The notes below the pieces were generated by a model that was not told where the DNA came from, did not search any database, and saw only the letters and a program-made list of their open reading frames with translations. This document shows positions 8,888 to 18,395 of a stretch of 60,318 nucleotides of DNA, one piece after another. Position numbers and translations under genes: made by a program. Source of the stretch: a virus (lineage: Duplodnaviria; Caudoviricetes); IMG/VR virus record IMGVR_UViG_3300025108_000047, positions 1-60,318 of that record, one strand, 5' to 3'. Position 1 is the stretch's first letter. Each line of letters opens with the position of its first letter.

Positions 8888-9363
8888 TGAATTTACAAGT
8901 ATTAAGATTTAGTAGCGGTGAAGACTCAACGTCTGGATTATTGTTTGAAACAAACTTAGACATGAAGTCTTTTTTATGCTACACGTTAGAAGACGAAGCT
9001 AGAGACATAAAAATAAAAGGTGAAACTAGAGTCCCTGCTGGCACGTATAAAATAGAATTAAGAACCGAAGGAGGATTTCATGGAAGATACGCTAAAAAAT
9101 ATTCTGGTATGCACATTGGTATGTTGCATATCGTTGACGTTCCTGGGTTTGAGTATATTCTTATTCATACTGGAAACACTGATGAACATACTGCTGGCTG
9201 TCTTATCGTTGGAGATAGTCAAGAAAACAATAACATTCTTAAAGATGGTTTTATTGGAAAGAGTGTTAATGCCTATAAAAGAATCTATCCGAAAATAGCA
9301 AACGCTATTAAGTCTGGAGAAGATGTTACTATAACCTATATAGATTACGATATAAAACTATAA
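8887..9363 (+). CDS. DUF5675-type putative endolysin (L,D-peptidase-like)
   Basis: CYTLED..GETRVPAGTY...ILIHTGN..HTAGCLIVG motifs. Confidence 0.8.
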   Translation: MNLQVLRFSSGEDSTSGLLFETNLDMKSFLCYTLEDEARDIKIKGETRVPAGTYKIELRTEGGFHGRYAKKYSGMHIGMLHIVDVPGFEYILIHTGNTDEHTAGCLIVGDSQENNNILKDGFIGKSVNAYKRIYPKIANAIKSGEDVTITYIDYDIKL

Positions 9364-9375
9364 GTATTAATTTAA

Positions 9376-9383
9376 TATATTTG
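9376..9383 (+). promoter_or_regulatory. Bacteroidetes -7 promoter element TATATTTG
   Basis: Intergenic, 5 nt before ATG 9389. Confidence 0.7.
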
Positions 9384-9388
9384 CATAT

Positions 9389-9772
9389 ATGGCTAAATCT
9401 ATAACTCTCAACTCAACAACAGCATTTAAGGCAACCGACAACGGACTTTCTAAAATACTTTTTGACTTTCAAAAAAACTTTACAAACACCGTTGATAGTG
9501 ACTCTGTTCAATATGGAGAAATAACCATTCCTACAGTATCACTTATTACCTTAAACTTAGCCACTCCAGGAGCAGGTGTTTTTCTTTACGTAGAAAACAT
9601 TGAAGATGAAGATGATTCGGAAGTTCAAGTTCATTATGGTTCTGTAACTTTTGCTACATTACGACAAGGAGAGTTTCTTTTTGTTAAATTAAGAACTAGA
9701 GATGACATTAAGTTAAGGCTTAACAATGATGCAGGACAAGCTACTTGTAAATATTTTTTAATAGAATTTTAA
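9389..9772 (+). CDS. Beta-rich putative structural protein
   Basis: 127 aa; resembles the next gene (LxxGExLF). Confidence 0.55.
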   Translation: MAKSITLNSTTAFKATDNGLSKILFDFQKNFTNTVDSDSVQYGEITIPTVSLITLNLATPGAGVFLYVENIEDEDDSEVQVHYGSVTFATLRQGEFLFVKLRTRDDIKLRLNNDAGQATCKYFLIEF

Positions 9773-9774
9773 TC

Positions 9775-10155
9775 ATGGCAAAAACTTACACTTTAAAAGC
9801 AGATGCAGATATTACTATAACAGACAGTGCAAGCAACACGATAAATACTATTTCTGTTACAGAAACATTTGCAGCAATTAACTCAGACACAGTTGTTACT
9901 GGTACAGTATCTATAGCTAGTGGAGCTACGGAGCAGATTAACGTTACTACAATAGGAACTAGAGCTTTAATTCTTTTAAAAAACGACAACACTACTGGAG
10001 CTGCGGAGGCCAGACTTTTAAATAACGCAACCATAGTCACAGACTTAGCTTACGGTGAATGGTTATTTATGCCTGTAGATGCCGCTGGAACAAACATAAA
10101 CGTTAAAGCTGAAGGTGGTGCAGTAGAAATTACATACGTTATAGTTGAGCAATAA
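9775..10155 (+). CDS. Beta-rich putative structural protein (possible paralog of 9389)
   Basis: 126 aa, Thr/Ala-rich; LAYGEWLF vs LRQGEFLF. Confidence 0.55.
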   Translation: MAKTYTLKADADITITDSASNTINTISVTETFAAINSDTVVTGTVSIASGATEQINVTTIGTRALILLKNDNTTGAAEARLLNNATIVTDLAYGEWLFMPVDAAGTNINVKAEGGAVEITYVIVEQ

Positions 10156-10402
10156 GATTCCTATTTGGCTAAGTGATTGGACTTTTAAAGATTCCAAAGG
10201 TTACACTATAATCGTAAGAGACGTTTTCATTAAAGGAGAGTCTGATAATCAGTTTATTAACAATCCTATGTTGGTAAAAAAAGCATTAAGTAAGTATGGT
10301 AAAGTAAAAAAATCGCAAACTTACAAACCAATTAATGTCGTTTTAAAGTCTCAACACGGCTATGGGCCGAGATATGAAGACGAAAAACTTTTTACAAAAT
10401 GA
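10145..10402 (+). CDS. Hypothetical protein
   Basis: 85-aa ORF (TTG start) with an ATGA overlap to the next gene. Confidence 0.55.
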   Translation: MSNKIPIWLSDWTFKDSKGYTIIVRDVFIKGESDNQFINNPMLVKKALSKYGKVKKSQTYKPINVVLKSQHGYGPRYEDEKLFTK

Positions 10403-11688
10403 AACCAAAACAAGATACCGAAGGTATAAAAAAATATCTTTTAGCGAATCCAGAACTACTTAACTCTAAATATGCGCATACAGCAAAGCTATTTGATACT
10501 AACTATGAAGTTGTAAGAAGTATAGCAAGGAAGCTAAGAGAAAAAATAAACCCACAACATAGTAAAGAAACTACAAACTTTGAAGAAAATAAAGACGGAG
10601 CTATAGTCACTTGTGAAGACAGCAAACGAGTTAAGTCTTTAGATGACCTTTTAGAAGCTTGTAATGTAGACTTAGATGTTTGGGAAGTAAATAAGTACGA
10701 TATAGGTACTTATGAGGTTACAGGCTTTGATAAAGCTAAAAGACCTATAACAGTTCCAATGTTTAGGACGAAAGCTTGGTTAAAGAAAATAAACCCATTA
10801 CAAAACATAAAAAAAATAAGAGAGGAGCTAATAGAAGATTTAACTCCTCTTTTTTATTCTAAGCCTAAATGGATAATAAGGCCAGACAGCTATAAAGAAG
10901 ACGACCCACACCTTTTAGAAATTAATGCCTTTGACTTACACTTAGGTAAGATAGGAATAAAAGGTGACGAGTACAGCCTTGAAATAGCTAGAGAAAGAAT
11001 GATTAACGCATTAACACACTTAGTAAAGAGAGCAAGTGGTTATTGTGTAGATGAAATTCTTTTTGTTGTAGGTAATGATTTTTTAAACTCAGACGGAGAC
11101 TTTCCGTTAGCAGCAACAACAAAAGGAACGCCACAATCTAATACAAATACGGGAATGCAAATGTATAGAGCTGGACGTAAACTAATTGTTGAGTGCGTTG
11201 AAATGTTAGTTGAGTATGCTAATGTTCATATTGTTGTAATTCCAGGTAATCACGACAGAGAGTCTATGATGCACATAGGAGACGCTTTAGAGATGTTTTA
11301 TGAAAACAACGAAAATGTCTCTGTAGATAATAGCGACAGCATGATGAAGGCGTACAGGTACGGTAGATGTCTTATTGTTAATGACCACGGAGATGGTGCA
11401 AAACTTATAAACTTACCAGGTATAGTGTCTCAAAGATATAGAGACGTGTGGAGTGAAGTAAAGTATGTGGAGGTTCATAGAGGACATCTACACACTAATA
11501 AGTCTTATAAGATGCAAGCCGTTGAAGAACTTAACGGACTTACAGTAAGAAATCTATCATCAATGTCTGCTACTGACGACTGGCATGATATGAAAGGTTA
11601 CGTTGGTAACGTAAAGAAAGCTTCCGCTTTTGTTTGGAGCAAGTACAATGGAGTACAGGCTAAGTTAAACTACAATGTAGAGGTTTAA
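10399..11688 (+). CDS. Calcineurin-like metallophosphoesterase with N-terminal extension
   Basis: DLH, GND, GNHD, HGD and GHLH motifs in canonical order. Confidence 0.8.
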   Translation: MKPKQDTEGIKKYLLANPELLNSKYAHTAKLFDTNYEVVRSIARKLREKINPQHSKETTNFEENKDGAIVTCEDSKRVKSLDDLLEACNVDLDVWEVNKYDIGTYEVTGFDKAKRPITVPMFRTKAWLKKINPLQNIKKIREELIEDLTPLFYSKPKWIIRPDSYKEDDPHLLEINAFDLHLGKIGIKGDEYSLEIARERMINALTHLVKRASGYCVDEILFVVGNDFLNSDGDFPLAATTKGTPQSNTNTGMQMYRAGRKLIVECVEMLVEYANVHIVVIPGNHDRESMMHIGDALEMFYENNENVSVDNSDSMMKAYRYGRCLIVNDHGDGAKLINLPGIVSQRYRDVWSEVKYVEVHRGHLHTNKSYKMQAVEELNGLTVRNLSSMSATDDWHDMKGYVGNVKKASAFVWSKYNGVQAKLNYNVEV

Positions 11689-12344
11689 TTTTTAGACAAC
11701 AACTCTAAAACTTCTGTTAAAGATTCGTGTCTATGATTGTCTTCAAGTACAATTCTATATACATATTTAGAAGCGGTTATTTTTGATACTTCATGTATTG
11801 CAGAATAATTTCTGTCCTTTAAGTCTATTTGTTGTTTATCTCCACAAAAAATCATCATAGAGTTTTTTCCAAGTCTACTTAAAGCCATTTGAAACTGAGA
11901 CCTTGTTAGGTTTTGAAACTCATCTACAATTACAACAGCATTATCAAAAGTCCTACCTCTGAAGTGAGCTAAACTTACCAGCTCTATGTCTTCATCGTTA
12001 GTCATTTTATCAAGCTTATCTGGTTTGTTGTAGACTTTACGCATATTAGACATGATAGGCACTAACCACGGCTCCATTTTTTCTTTTTCAGAACCAGGTA
12101 AAAAACCATTATCTTCAGTAGAAACAGTAGGACGAGTTATAATTATTTTATTATACTCTCTTTTAAAGAACATATCAAGAGCGGTTTGTACGGCCAACAA
12201 AGTTTTACCTGAGCCAGCTTTGCCAATAACAAAACTAAATGGATGCTTGAGTATTTCTGATTTAGCAAGCTTTTGCTCGTCAGACAGCTTAATAGCAAAC
12301 CTTATAGCTCCTTTTGGAGAAGGTTTACCTTTATTTTCTTTCAT
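11685..12344 (-). CDS. phoH: PhoH-family ATPase
   Basis: GKAGSGKT, GFLPG..EKMEPW, RGRTF, DEFQN, GD..QIDL; start MKENK at 12344. Confidence 0.9.
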   Translation of the reverse strand: MKENKGKPSPKGAIRFAIKLSDEQKLAKSEILKHPFSFVIGKAGSGKTLLAVQTALDMFFKREYNKIIITRPTVSTEDNGFLPGSEKEKMEPWLVPIMSNMRKVYNKPDKLDKMTNDEDIELVSLAHFRGRTFDNAVVIVDEFQNLTRSQFQMALSRLGKNSMMIFCGDKQQIDLKDRNYSAIHEVSKITASKYVYRIVLEDNHRHESLTEVLELLSKN

Positions 12345-12450
12345 ATTTGTATGGAGGTTTATTATATTCTGCAATCAATAAAGAATCAATCTTTTTTATC
12401 ATTGCAACGTAATACCTTCTTAGTCTCTGTAGCTTGTCTTTTTTTGTCAT
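12331..12450 (-). CDS. 39-aa hypothetical protein (not in ORF track)
   Basis: Hand translation MTKKDKLQRLRRYYVAMIKKIDSLLIAEYNKPPYKYERK*. Confidence 0.45.
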   Translation of the reverse strand: MTKKDKLQRLRRYYVAMIKKIDSLLIAEYNKPPYKYERK

Positions 12451-12470
12451 TATTTTTGATTTAGTAATTT

Positions 12471-12686
12471 TTAGTTTTTAAAATAATCGTCTTGGAATTT
12501 TCCATGAAAAGGTTTTGATTTTACACCAGTCCTTTCATTAAATGAAGCTGTAGGATACTTAAATCCAAACATCATTTGAAACCCGTAATCTTCTGTGATT
12601 ACTTTAGGCAAGTCTACATATCTACTCGCTGGGTCTTTTGGGTCTTTATACTTAATTATGTTTTTTATTTTACTCATGCGTGCCAT
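12471..12686 (-). CDS. Hypothetical protein
   Basis: ORF in the contiguous minus-strand operon. Confidence 0.6.
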   Translation of the reverse strand: MARMSKIKNIIKYKDPKDPASRYVDLPKVITEDYGFQMMFGFKYPTASFNERTGVKSKPFHGKFQDDYFKN

Positions 12687-12886
12687 TCTTCATCAAAATA
12701 CATTCCTTTTACATCTATATCATCTTCTATTTCAAATAAGATGTGAGGAGGTTTATCGTTATTAATCCAATCATCACAAAGATTATAAATTTCTGAAATA
12801 CCAAACTGCATAGACTCTTCGTCATCTAATCCGACCCCAGGCTTAACATAGTATTCTAATTCTAATCTTACTTTTATTATTGGCAT
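12674..12886 (-). CDS. Acidic hypothetical protein
   Basis: 70-aa ORF in operon. Confidence 0.6.
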   Translation of the reverse strand: MPIIKVRLELEYYVKPGVGLDDEESMQFGISEIYNLCDDWINNDKPPHILFEIEDDIDVKGMYFDEEWHA

Positions 12887-12887
12887 A

Positions 12888-13094
12888 TTATTCCCAAGGT
12901 CTAGGTTTTCTTTTTACAGAACCGTCTGGCCCTTTCCTAATAGTTGCAAACCCAGTTCCTTTTTCTCTTTGTTGTTGCATATAGTTTTCACAACACATTG
13001 CTTCTGGAACAACCACCTTGTCCTCTACAACTTTTACTGTGTATTCAGCTATATATTTAGATTTTTTGCACAGCTTACATTTAAACTTACCCAT
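12888..13094 (-). CDS. Zn-ribbon small protein
   Basis: CKLC ... CC motifs. Confidence 0.6.
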   Translation of the reverse strand: MGKFKCKLCKKSKYIAEYTVKVVEDKVVVPEAMCCENYMQQQREKGTGFATIRKGPDGSVKRKPRPWE

Positions 13095-13279
13095 TAAAAA
13101 TCTTCTTTTAAAATGTTATAAACTGCTAAGTCAAGACTTTTTATTTCTTTATAAATTTTCTTAGCCTCACGTTTAGCTTCTGCTAACTTATACTTAGGAA
13201 CGTCAGTTCCAGTTGCGTTGTTAATTAAAATGTGTGCCTTTTTTAAAAGTTCACTAGTTTTACTATTCATTTTCTTCAT
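13094..13279 (-). CDS. Hypothetical protein
   Basis: 61-aa coupled ORF. Confidence 0.6.
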   Translation of the reverse strand: MKKMNSKTSELLKKAHILINNATGTDVPKYKLAEAKREAKKIYKEIKSLDLAVYNILKEDF

Positions 13280-13568
13280 CTTGTATTGCTATTTTTAAAA
13301 GTACTAAATATCCTATTAAATCATCTATAGTATCTAAAGTATTTTCAGTTATACCCTTGTTTTTAATTCTCATCATCTTGTCGTCTATACGACAACAAAT
13401 AGATTCTACAGCTCCCAATTTACTAAAAATTTTAGCAGGTTTTGTTGCTGAGTCTCCATATTGAGCATTTTTTTTAATTAAAAGTTTCTGTATGTCAGAC
13501 ATTGTTTTTTCAATTCTGTACTTAGTGTCTCCAGCGTGTTTACTTTGCATCTTCTCCTTTTTTAACAT
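13263..13568 (-). CDS. Nucleotide-modification-associated domain 1 (DUF1599-like) protein
   Basis: KKNAQYGDS...RIDDK..R...D.IGYLVL motif. Confidence 0.65.
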   Translation of the reverse strand: MLKKEKMQSKHAGDTKYRIEKTMSDIQKLLIKKNAQYGDSATKPAKIFSKLGAVESICCRIDDKMMRIKNKGITENTLDTIDDLIGYLVLLKIAIQDEENE

Positions 13569-13830
13569 TTTTTTCTAATTCTAATTTAACATCATTTATA
13601 ACATCCATCATTACATCTACCACGCCATCTAAGTCTTCAACAGAATCACCCATGTTTTTTATCATCTCATCTTCGTATTGTCTAGCAAGCTTTATAAGTC
13701 TATTAAACTTTAGTTTTACTACTTTTGAATGACTACCCTTTAATAAGTATAATTGTTCGTTAAAACACCTAAAGGTGGCAAATGCAAGTGTCAAATCTAT
13801 TTGATGCTCCCTTGTTATTTCATATTTCAT
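13540..13830 (-). CDS. Hypothetical protein
   Basis: 96-aa ORF in operon. Confidence 0.6.
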   Translation of the reverse strand: MKYEITREHQIDLTLAFATFRCFNEQLYLLKGSHSKVVKLKFNRLIKLARQYEDEMIKNMGDSVEDLDGVVDVMMDVINDVKLELEKNVKKGEDAK

Positions 13831-13832
13831 AA

Positions 13833-14057
13833 CTATAAAAGTTTAAATAATTTATTAATGTTTTCATCCATATTGTCAATTACATTAAAATAAGCAACAA
13901 TATTGTTATCAATACTTTTTATTTTAACTGGAGATATTGTTTTTTTAGAAAGAGCTAAGTCTTTTATTTCTTTTTCTTTCTTCCAGTTTGCTGATTTTTT
14001 TTGATAGTAACCAGGATACTTTGCCCTGATTTTATCTAAGCTTCCTTTTTTCTGCAT
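13833..14057 (-). CDS. Hypothetical protein
   Basis: 74-aa ORF in operon. Confidence 0.55.
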   Translation of the reverse strand: MQKKGSLDKIRAKYPGYYQKKSANWKKEKEIKDLALSKKTISPVKIKSIDNNIVAYFNVIDNMDENINKLFKLL

Positions 14058-14446
14058 TAGTCTAATTTTGTTTTTAAATGTTCTATAATGTTATTCATCT
14101 TACGTCTGTAATATAAATCAAACTCAACGTATTGTGTGCTGCCATCAGGGCCTACTTCAGTTGGCTGTTCTTTTTCCCAAAGTCTGTAAAGTACATTTCT
14201 CATTCTTTGACTTGGCGTTTTAGTTTCAAACTCAGCTTCTTGACCTGCTGTTTCAACTAAGTCTACCATTTCTTTTTGCACGGGTGAGGTAGATATTACC
14301 ACGTATCCTGGTTGTTTTAAAAGTCCAAAAAGTCTAGCCATTGTTTCTGCTGACAATTCAGGAGTTCCTAATACTACTTTTAACGATGAGTCTGCCATAG
14401 TTCTTATGCCATCTATTCCCCCTTCAAATACAACTGTGTTTTTCAT
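14057..14446 (-). CDS. Conserved phage hypothetical protein
   Basis: KTPSQRMRNVLY.LW motif; 129 aa. Confidence 0.65.
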   Translation of the reverse strand: MKNTVVFEGGIDGIRTMADSSLKVVLGTPELSAETMARLFGLLKQPGYVVISTSPVQKEMVDLVETAGQEAEFETKTPSQRMRNVLYRLWEKEQPTEVGPDGSTQYVEFDLYYRRKMNNIIEHLKTKLD

Positions 14447-14448
14447 AA

Positions 14449-14667
14449 TTATTTAGTTTTTAATGTTAAGTAAATTAAGTCTTCAAATTGCAGTCCAGCT
14501 TCTACAAACTTAGGATGCTTAGATAAAAGCTCTATATGTTTAATTCTTAATTCTTTTGGATTTTTAATGTACTTGCTTCTTGTTGTGCCAGCAACATTTA
14601 TAATTTTTCCAAACTCTTCTTGCGTTATGCTAAGAGCTTTAACAGTCATTTTAAAATTTAATTTCAT
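14449..14667 (-). CDS. XRE-like HTH protein
   Basis: ITQEEFGKIINV..TT.SKY helix-turn-helix pattern. Confidence 0.55.
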   Translation of the reverse strand: MKLNFKMTVKALSITQEEFGKIINVAGTTRSKYIKNPKELRIKHIELLSKHPKFVEAGLQFEDLIYLTLKTK

Positions 14668-14685
14668 TTTTTTTTAATTAATATG

Positions 14686-15507
14686 TTAATACAAGTCTTC
14701 GGCAGTTAATGTTACTAAGTTTAATTTACCATCAAATCTTTCGTAACGTTTTGGATAAGAATCTTCAGCTAAACACTTTTGATATATTCTAAGTAAATGG
14801 TCTATCTTTTCGTTGGCAACCTCCATAACAGAAGCGTCTAACTCAAACATAGCTATTTCAAAAGGAGGTTGTTTTTCTACAACAGCAAACACAAACCTTG
14901 CGTTTGGACTTACAAGCTTGTTAGCTATAAGACCTCTTAGGTAATACGCAGCCTGTCTGTCATATCCAAACTTTTTAATACTAGAAGTAAACGCTTTAAC
15001 TGAAGTAGTAGTTTTTAAGTCTACTACCAAATCGTCAGAGTCTCTTCTTAAGTCTATTAAACTTTTGCAGTTAATTATATGAGTCTCATCGTTATCGTCT
15101 CTAATACTTTCTGTCCATGCGTTTACAGACTCTGTAACAGCTTTATTACATGAAAACAACTCTTTCATTGTTTCGTTGTTATTGACAGCCTCTTCCATTC
15201 CTAGAATTTTAGAGTATTGTTCTGTCGTAAGTATTATTTTATTTCCAGCATTAAGCAAATGTTCAGCAAAAGCTTCTTTACCAGCTTTAGTTCTTTTGTC
15301 AATTTTTGGAATAATATAATATAAGTCATCAAACTTTTCTGGTTCTAAGACTTTACAGTGAAAAGCAGAGCCAAACACCATTGCTTCCGTAGAAGTAGAT
15401 TGTGATTCTATTTGTGATTTAAAGTAAGCAGGACTTTCGTTTAGCCAACCTAACATAGAATTTGTAATGTGTGATTTGTCTTCGTAATAATTATCTTGAT
15501 TTATCAT
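14686..15507 (-). CDS. PD-(D/E)xK exonuclease, RecE/Exo VIII-like (DUF3799)
   Basis: FGSAFH..LEP, K..ID, VVDLKTT and YDRQAAYY motifs. Confidence 0.85.
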   Translation of the reverse strand: MINQDNYYEDKSHITNSMLGWLNESPAYFKSQIESQSTSTEAMVFGSAFHCKVLEPEKFDDLYYIIPKIDKRTKAGKEAFAEHLLNAGNKIILTTEQYSKILGMEEAVNNNETMKELFSCNKAVTESVNAWTESIRDDNDETHIINCKSLIDLRRDSDDLVVDLKTTTSVKAFTSSIKKFGYDRQAAYYLRGLIANKLVSPNARFVFAVVEKQPPFEIAMFELDASVMEVANEKIDHLLRIYQKCLAEDSYPKRYERFDGKLNLVTLTAEDLY

Positions 15508-15511
15508 AGTT

Positions 15512-15709
15512 TTATATATTATCTTCTTCTGTTTCTTGATTTTGTTTAAAGTATTCTCTTATCCTACTTTCAGAAAGACTAAATCTATCAGCTATTTCTT
15601 TTACACTGTAACCTTCTTTAAAATGTAAAATAGAAGCTAACTCAGCTTTTTTTCTTATGTCTAAGTCTTGAATAGGAGTCCATTCGTTTTTATGACTATT
15701 TCTGTTCAT
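15512..15709 (-). CDS. Sigma70-region-4-like HTH protein
   Basis: EGYSVKEIADRFSLSESRIR. Confidence 0.6.
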   Translation of the reverse strand: MNRNSHKNEWTPIQDLDIRKKAELASILHFKEGYSVKEIADRFSLSESRIREYFKQNQETEEDNI

Positions 15710-15953
15710 CTTTTTTAGGCTCTAAGTCTTGTTTTAAAAATTCTTTTTTATACAATTTGTAATTAGGCAAATGCTTTGCTGCTTCATATACATCATTGTG
15801 AAGTTTTTTTGCTGTGCCATAAAGCTCATCGTAATGTTCTTTAGTTACATAAACATCTTTCATTTGCTGCAACACGTGTTCTACAACCATTATAGTATAT
15901 TCTTGGTTTGCTAAAGCATCTAAATAAGCTTTCTCTTTTTTCTTATTAAACAT
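15696..15953 (-). CDS. Hypothetical protein
   Basis: 85-aa ORF in operon. Confidence 0.55.
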   Translation of the reverse strand: MFNKKKEKAYLDALANQEYTIMVVEHVLQQMKDVYVTKEHYDELYGTAKKLHNDVYEAAKHLPNYKLYKKEFLKQDLEPKKDEQK

Positions 15954-16419
15954 AATCTAATTCTTTTTTTAATTGTTTTTTTAATTGTTCTATTTGTAGT
16001 TTAAGGCCTACGTTTTCTGCCTGTAAGTTTTCTATAATTCTACCTTTGTTTAAAAGCTTATCTCTGAGCTTGCTATTGCTTGTAAGGATAGAAGAAACAA
16101 AATCATTTGTAACTTCGTCTTGTATGTATATGTTAGCAAGACCTACCGCTTGCATATATGACGTATTGTATTCTTTGTATATACCACACAAGTCATCAAA
16201 CTTTTTACAATGATGTATAATTGAAGAGTGGTCTCGGTTTATAAGTCTACCACAGTCAACAAGTCCTAAGTCAAACATTTTAACTAAGACTACGCTAATT
16301 ATTGTTCTATGATAAACCAACTGTCTTTCTCTACATTTACCCATAAACTCATCATAATTAACATGATTGTAATTTAGGTAGTGTTTTATAAATTCTTTTG
16401 CATTATCTAATTCTTTCAT
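15946..16419 (-). CDS. DnaA domain-IV-like HTH protein with coiled coil
   Basis: R.RQLV..R...GRLINRDHSSIIH resembles the DnaA C-terminal RDHTTV motif. Confidence 0.7.
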   Translation of the reverse strand: MKELDNAKEFIKHYLNYNHVNYDEFMGKCRERQLVYHRTIISVVLVKMFDLGLVDCGRLINRDHSSIIHHCKKFDDLCGIYKEYNTSYMQAVGLANIYIQDEVTNDFVSSILTSNSKLRDKLLNKGRIIENLQAENVGLKLQIEQLKKQLKKELDYV

Positions 16420-16781
16420 AATACTCTTATTATTACACCTGCTTCTTCTTTATTATAAGTATATGGCTCAAAAAAAGGAATGATAAACTCACAGTTATCA
16501 TCTTCTATCCAGCCGTACTTAACCATTAAGTCTTGTACAGTCTGACAGGGATTTATGTAATCAAACCTGTGTCTTGAGCCTCTTATAAATTCAAAAGATA
16601 TTTTATAGGGAGCTTCCTTACCTACAAGCATAGCTTTAAACTTCTCCTTGTTCGACAAGTAGTCAGCTTTTGTAGCGCTTATGTAAGTCATTACAGTCTT
16701 AGAGTGGATTAGCATTTTGCCAGTCCATCTCTTTCCGTTCTTGCTTGAAGGTACGTTACCCCCTATAAATATCTCATTCAT
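16416..16781 (-). CDS. RusA-like Holliday junction resolvase
   Basis: GNVPSSKN, FDYIN...QDLM..GWIEDDN. Confidence 0.7.
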   Translation of the reverse strand: MNEIFIGGNVPSSKNGKRWTGKMLIHSKTVMTYISATKADYLSNKEKFKAMLVGKEAPYKISFEFIRGSRHRFDYINPCQTVQDLMVKYGWIEDDNCEFIIPFFEPYTYNKEEAGVIIRVL

Positions 16782-16800
16782 AACAGATGTTATTGGTTAA

Positions 16801-17400
16801 TTAAAATGGTAAGTCTGTATCCTCTGGCGTAGATGCAACAGGCTCAGTATCAAACTTGTTTTTTAATGCGTCCATGCCGTCTAATAATTGCTGGTCGTCA
16901 GCAGACAGCACTTTGTTGTATTTAGAATTATAAGTAAGTTTCTTACCTACCTTAGAAGACCATAAGTATTTTACAGCAGTTCTTTTAACTAAAGTTCCAG
17001 TCTCTTTATCTTTACCTACATACTCTTCAGAAACAAGAGCTACCTGAACGCGTCTGTTTAAAGCAGACTTACAAGCTTCAGCGTCTGAGTTAAACTCAGT
17101 AACACCACAGTTCATTAAGAAATCTTTTAGTTGTTTCTTTTTCCATTCTTTAGTGCTGTCTTTGTCGGTTTGTTTTACAACCCAAAATCTTGCACTTGCT
17201 TGTTTACCATCTTCTGTTAAAAGATAAAACTCAATAAAAGGTGAGCTTGTGTAGCCTTCTATCTCAGAAGAGTTTTTAAGTCCTGTCACAGTACATAAGT
17301 ATCCTCCTGGAGTAGCTCTTTCTGGGTATTTACCATCAGAACCTTTAGGGTTAGTTTGTCCTCCTTTGAAATTTGCTAAGTTGAATGCTTCCATTGTCAT
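16801..17400 (-). CDS. Putative single-stranded DNA-binding protein
   Basis: Acidic C-terminus EDTDLPF; adjacent to Sak. Confidence 0.55.
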   Translation of the reverse strand: MTMEAFNLANFKGGQTNPKGSDGKYPERATPGGYLCTVTGLKNSSEIEGYTSSPFIEFYLLTEDGKQASARFWVVKQTDKDSTKEWKKKQLKDFLMNCGVTEFNSDAEACKSALNRRVQVALVSEEYVGKDKETGTLVKRTAVKYLWSSKVGKKLTYNSKYNKVLSADDQQLLDGMDALKNKFDTEPVASTPEDTDLPF

Positions 17401-17427
17401 AATTTTAATGTTTTAATAATTTATTAA

Positions 17428-17961
17428 TTAGTTTTTTTTCCAGTTAAATCTTACCTTACCATTTTGGTCTTTAGCAGCTAACTGAACAAGCTGTCCATTT
17501 TCATCTCTTTTGTCTCCCCAAGTCCACTCTTTGAGTTTTAATCCCCAAGTAGCTTTAGGTCTACCGCCTACTTCTTGAAACTCGCTTGAGTCAAGTTTAG
17601 CTTGTATAAGAGGAAAGTCGTAAAGCTCACGACCTATTCCCCAATTAAAGCAAGCACGTTTAAATGCGTCTGAAGCTTGACCTTTTTCTGCTTCTGTATT
17701 AGACTCAGTACCTACGTCTTGTTTCCAAACCCATTCTTTTGTTTCTGGGTTGTAAATACCAACAGAACAATAAAGTCTGTTGTCTATTACCTCATAGCGT
17801 TTAGACCAATTCTCAGGGCCTACAGCTTTGTCTAGGACATTCATGTCATACCTTGCGTCTTTATACGCTAAGATGGTCGCATAACCTCCTTTGTTGATTG
17901 ATTGTACTCTAAAGTCTATTTGACTTAATTCTACTGGTTGATTTAATTTTTTAAAATCCAT
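17428..17961 (-). CDS. Rad52/Sak-like single-strand annealing protein
   Basis: AYKDAR..MN.LD..VG..NW and EKGQASDAFKRAC..WGIGRELY. Confidence 0.9.
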   Translation of the reverse strand: MDFKKLNQPVELSQIDFRVQSINKGGYATILAYKDARYDMNVLDKAVGPENWSKRYEVIDNRLYCSVGIYNPETKEWVWKQDVGTESNTEAEKGQASDAFKRACFNWGIGRELYDFPLIQAKLDSSEFQEVGGRPKATWGLKLKEWTWGDKRDENGQLVQLAAKDQNGKVRFNWKKN

Positions 17962-17976
17962 AATTTTAATTTTGTT

Positions 17977-18201
17977 TTATTTGTTTCTTGTTTCATAACT
18001 TTTAATATCTCTGTCTAACTTTTTTAGAACAACAGCAGCCATAACTATTTTAATAAATCTTCTTATTAAGATTGGTGATTTACTTGTAATAAGTATAAAT
18101 CCTATTTCTTTAAAGATTCTGTGTAAAATAGAACGGACAGTTGATTTACTAAAGCCAGTTCGTTGAGATACTTTAGCTATTATTTTTTCATAATTTGACA
18201 T
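17977..18201 (-). CDS. HU/IHF-like DNA-binding protein
   Basis: IIAKVSQRTGFSKSTVRSIL, an HU N-terminal helix pattern. Confidence 0.55.
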   Translation of the reverse strand: MSNYEKIIAKVSQRTGFSKSTVRSILHRIFKEIGFILITSKSPILIRRFIKIVMAAVVLKKLDRDIKSYETRNK

Positions 18202-18241
18202 AAATTATTTTTAAATACTTTGCTAAAATAATAAATAACTT

Positions 18242-18391
18242 TTATTTATTAAAGAATTTTTTTAATTTAATTACAGAAAAACCTATAATAAATAACGCTA
18301 TAAATGGTAGTAAATTTACTGCCAAAACAGCGCAAACAACTAAGGCTAATACACCTAAGAATGCTCCTCCGATAATATCTATTTCGTTCAT
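18242..18391 (-). CDS. 49-aa membrane protein (not in ORF track)
   Basis: Hand translation MNEIDIIGGAFLGVLALVVCAVLAVNLLPFIALFIIGFSVIKLKKFFNK*. Confidence 0.55.
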   Translation of the reverse strand: MNEIDIIGGAFLGVLALVVCAVLAVNLLPFIALFIIGFSVIKLKKFFNK

Positions 18392-18395
18392 AATT

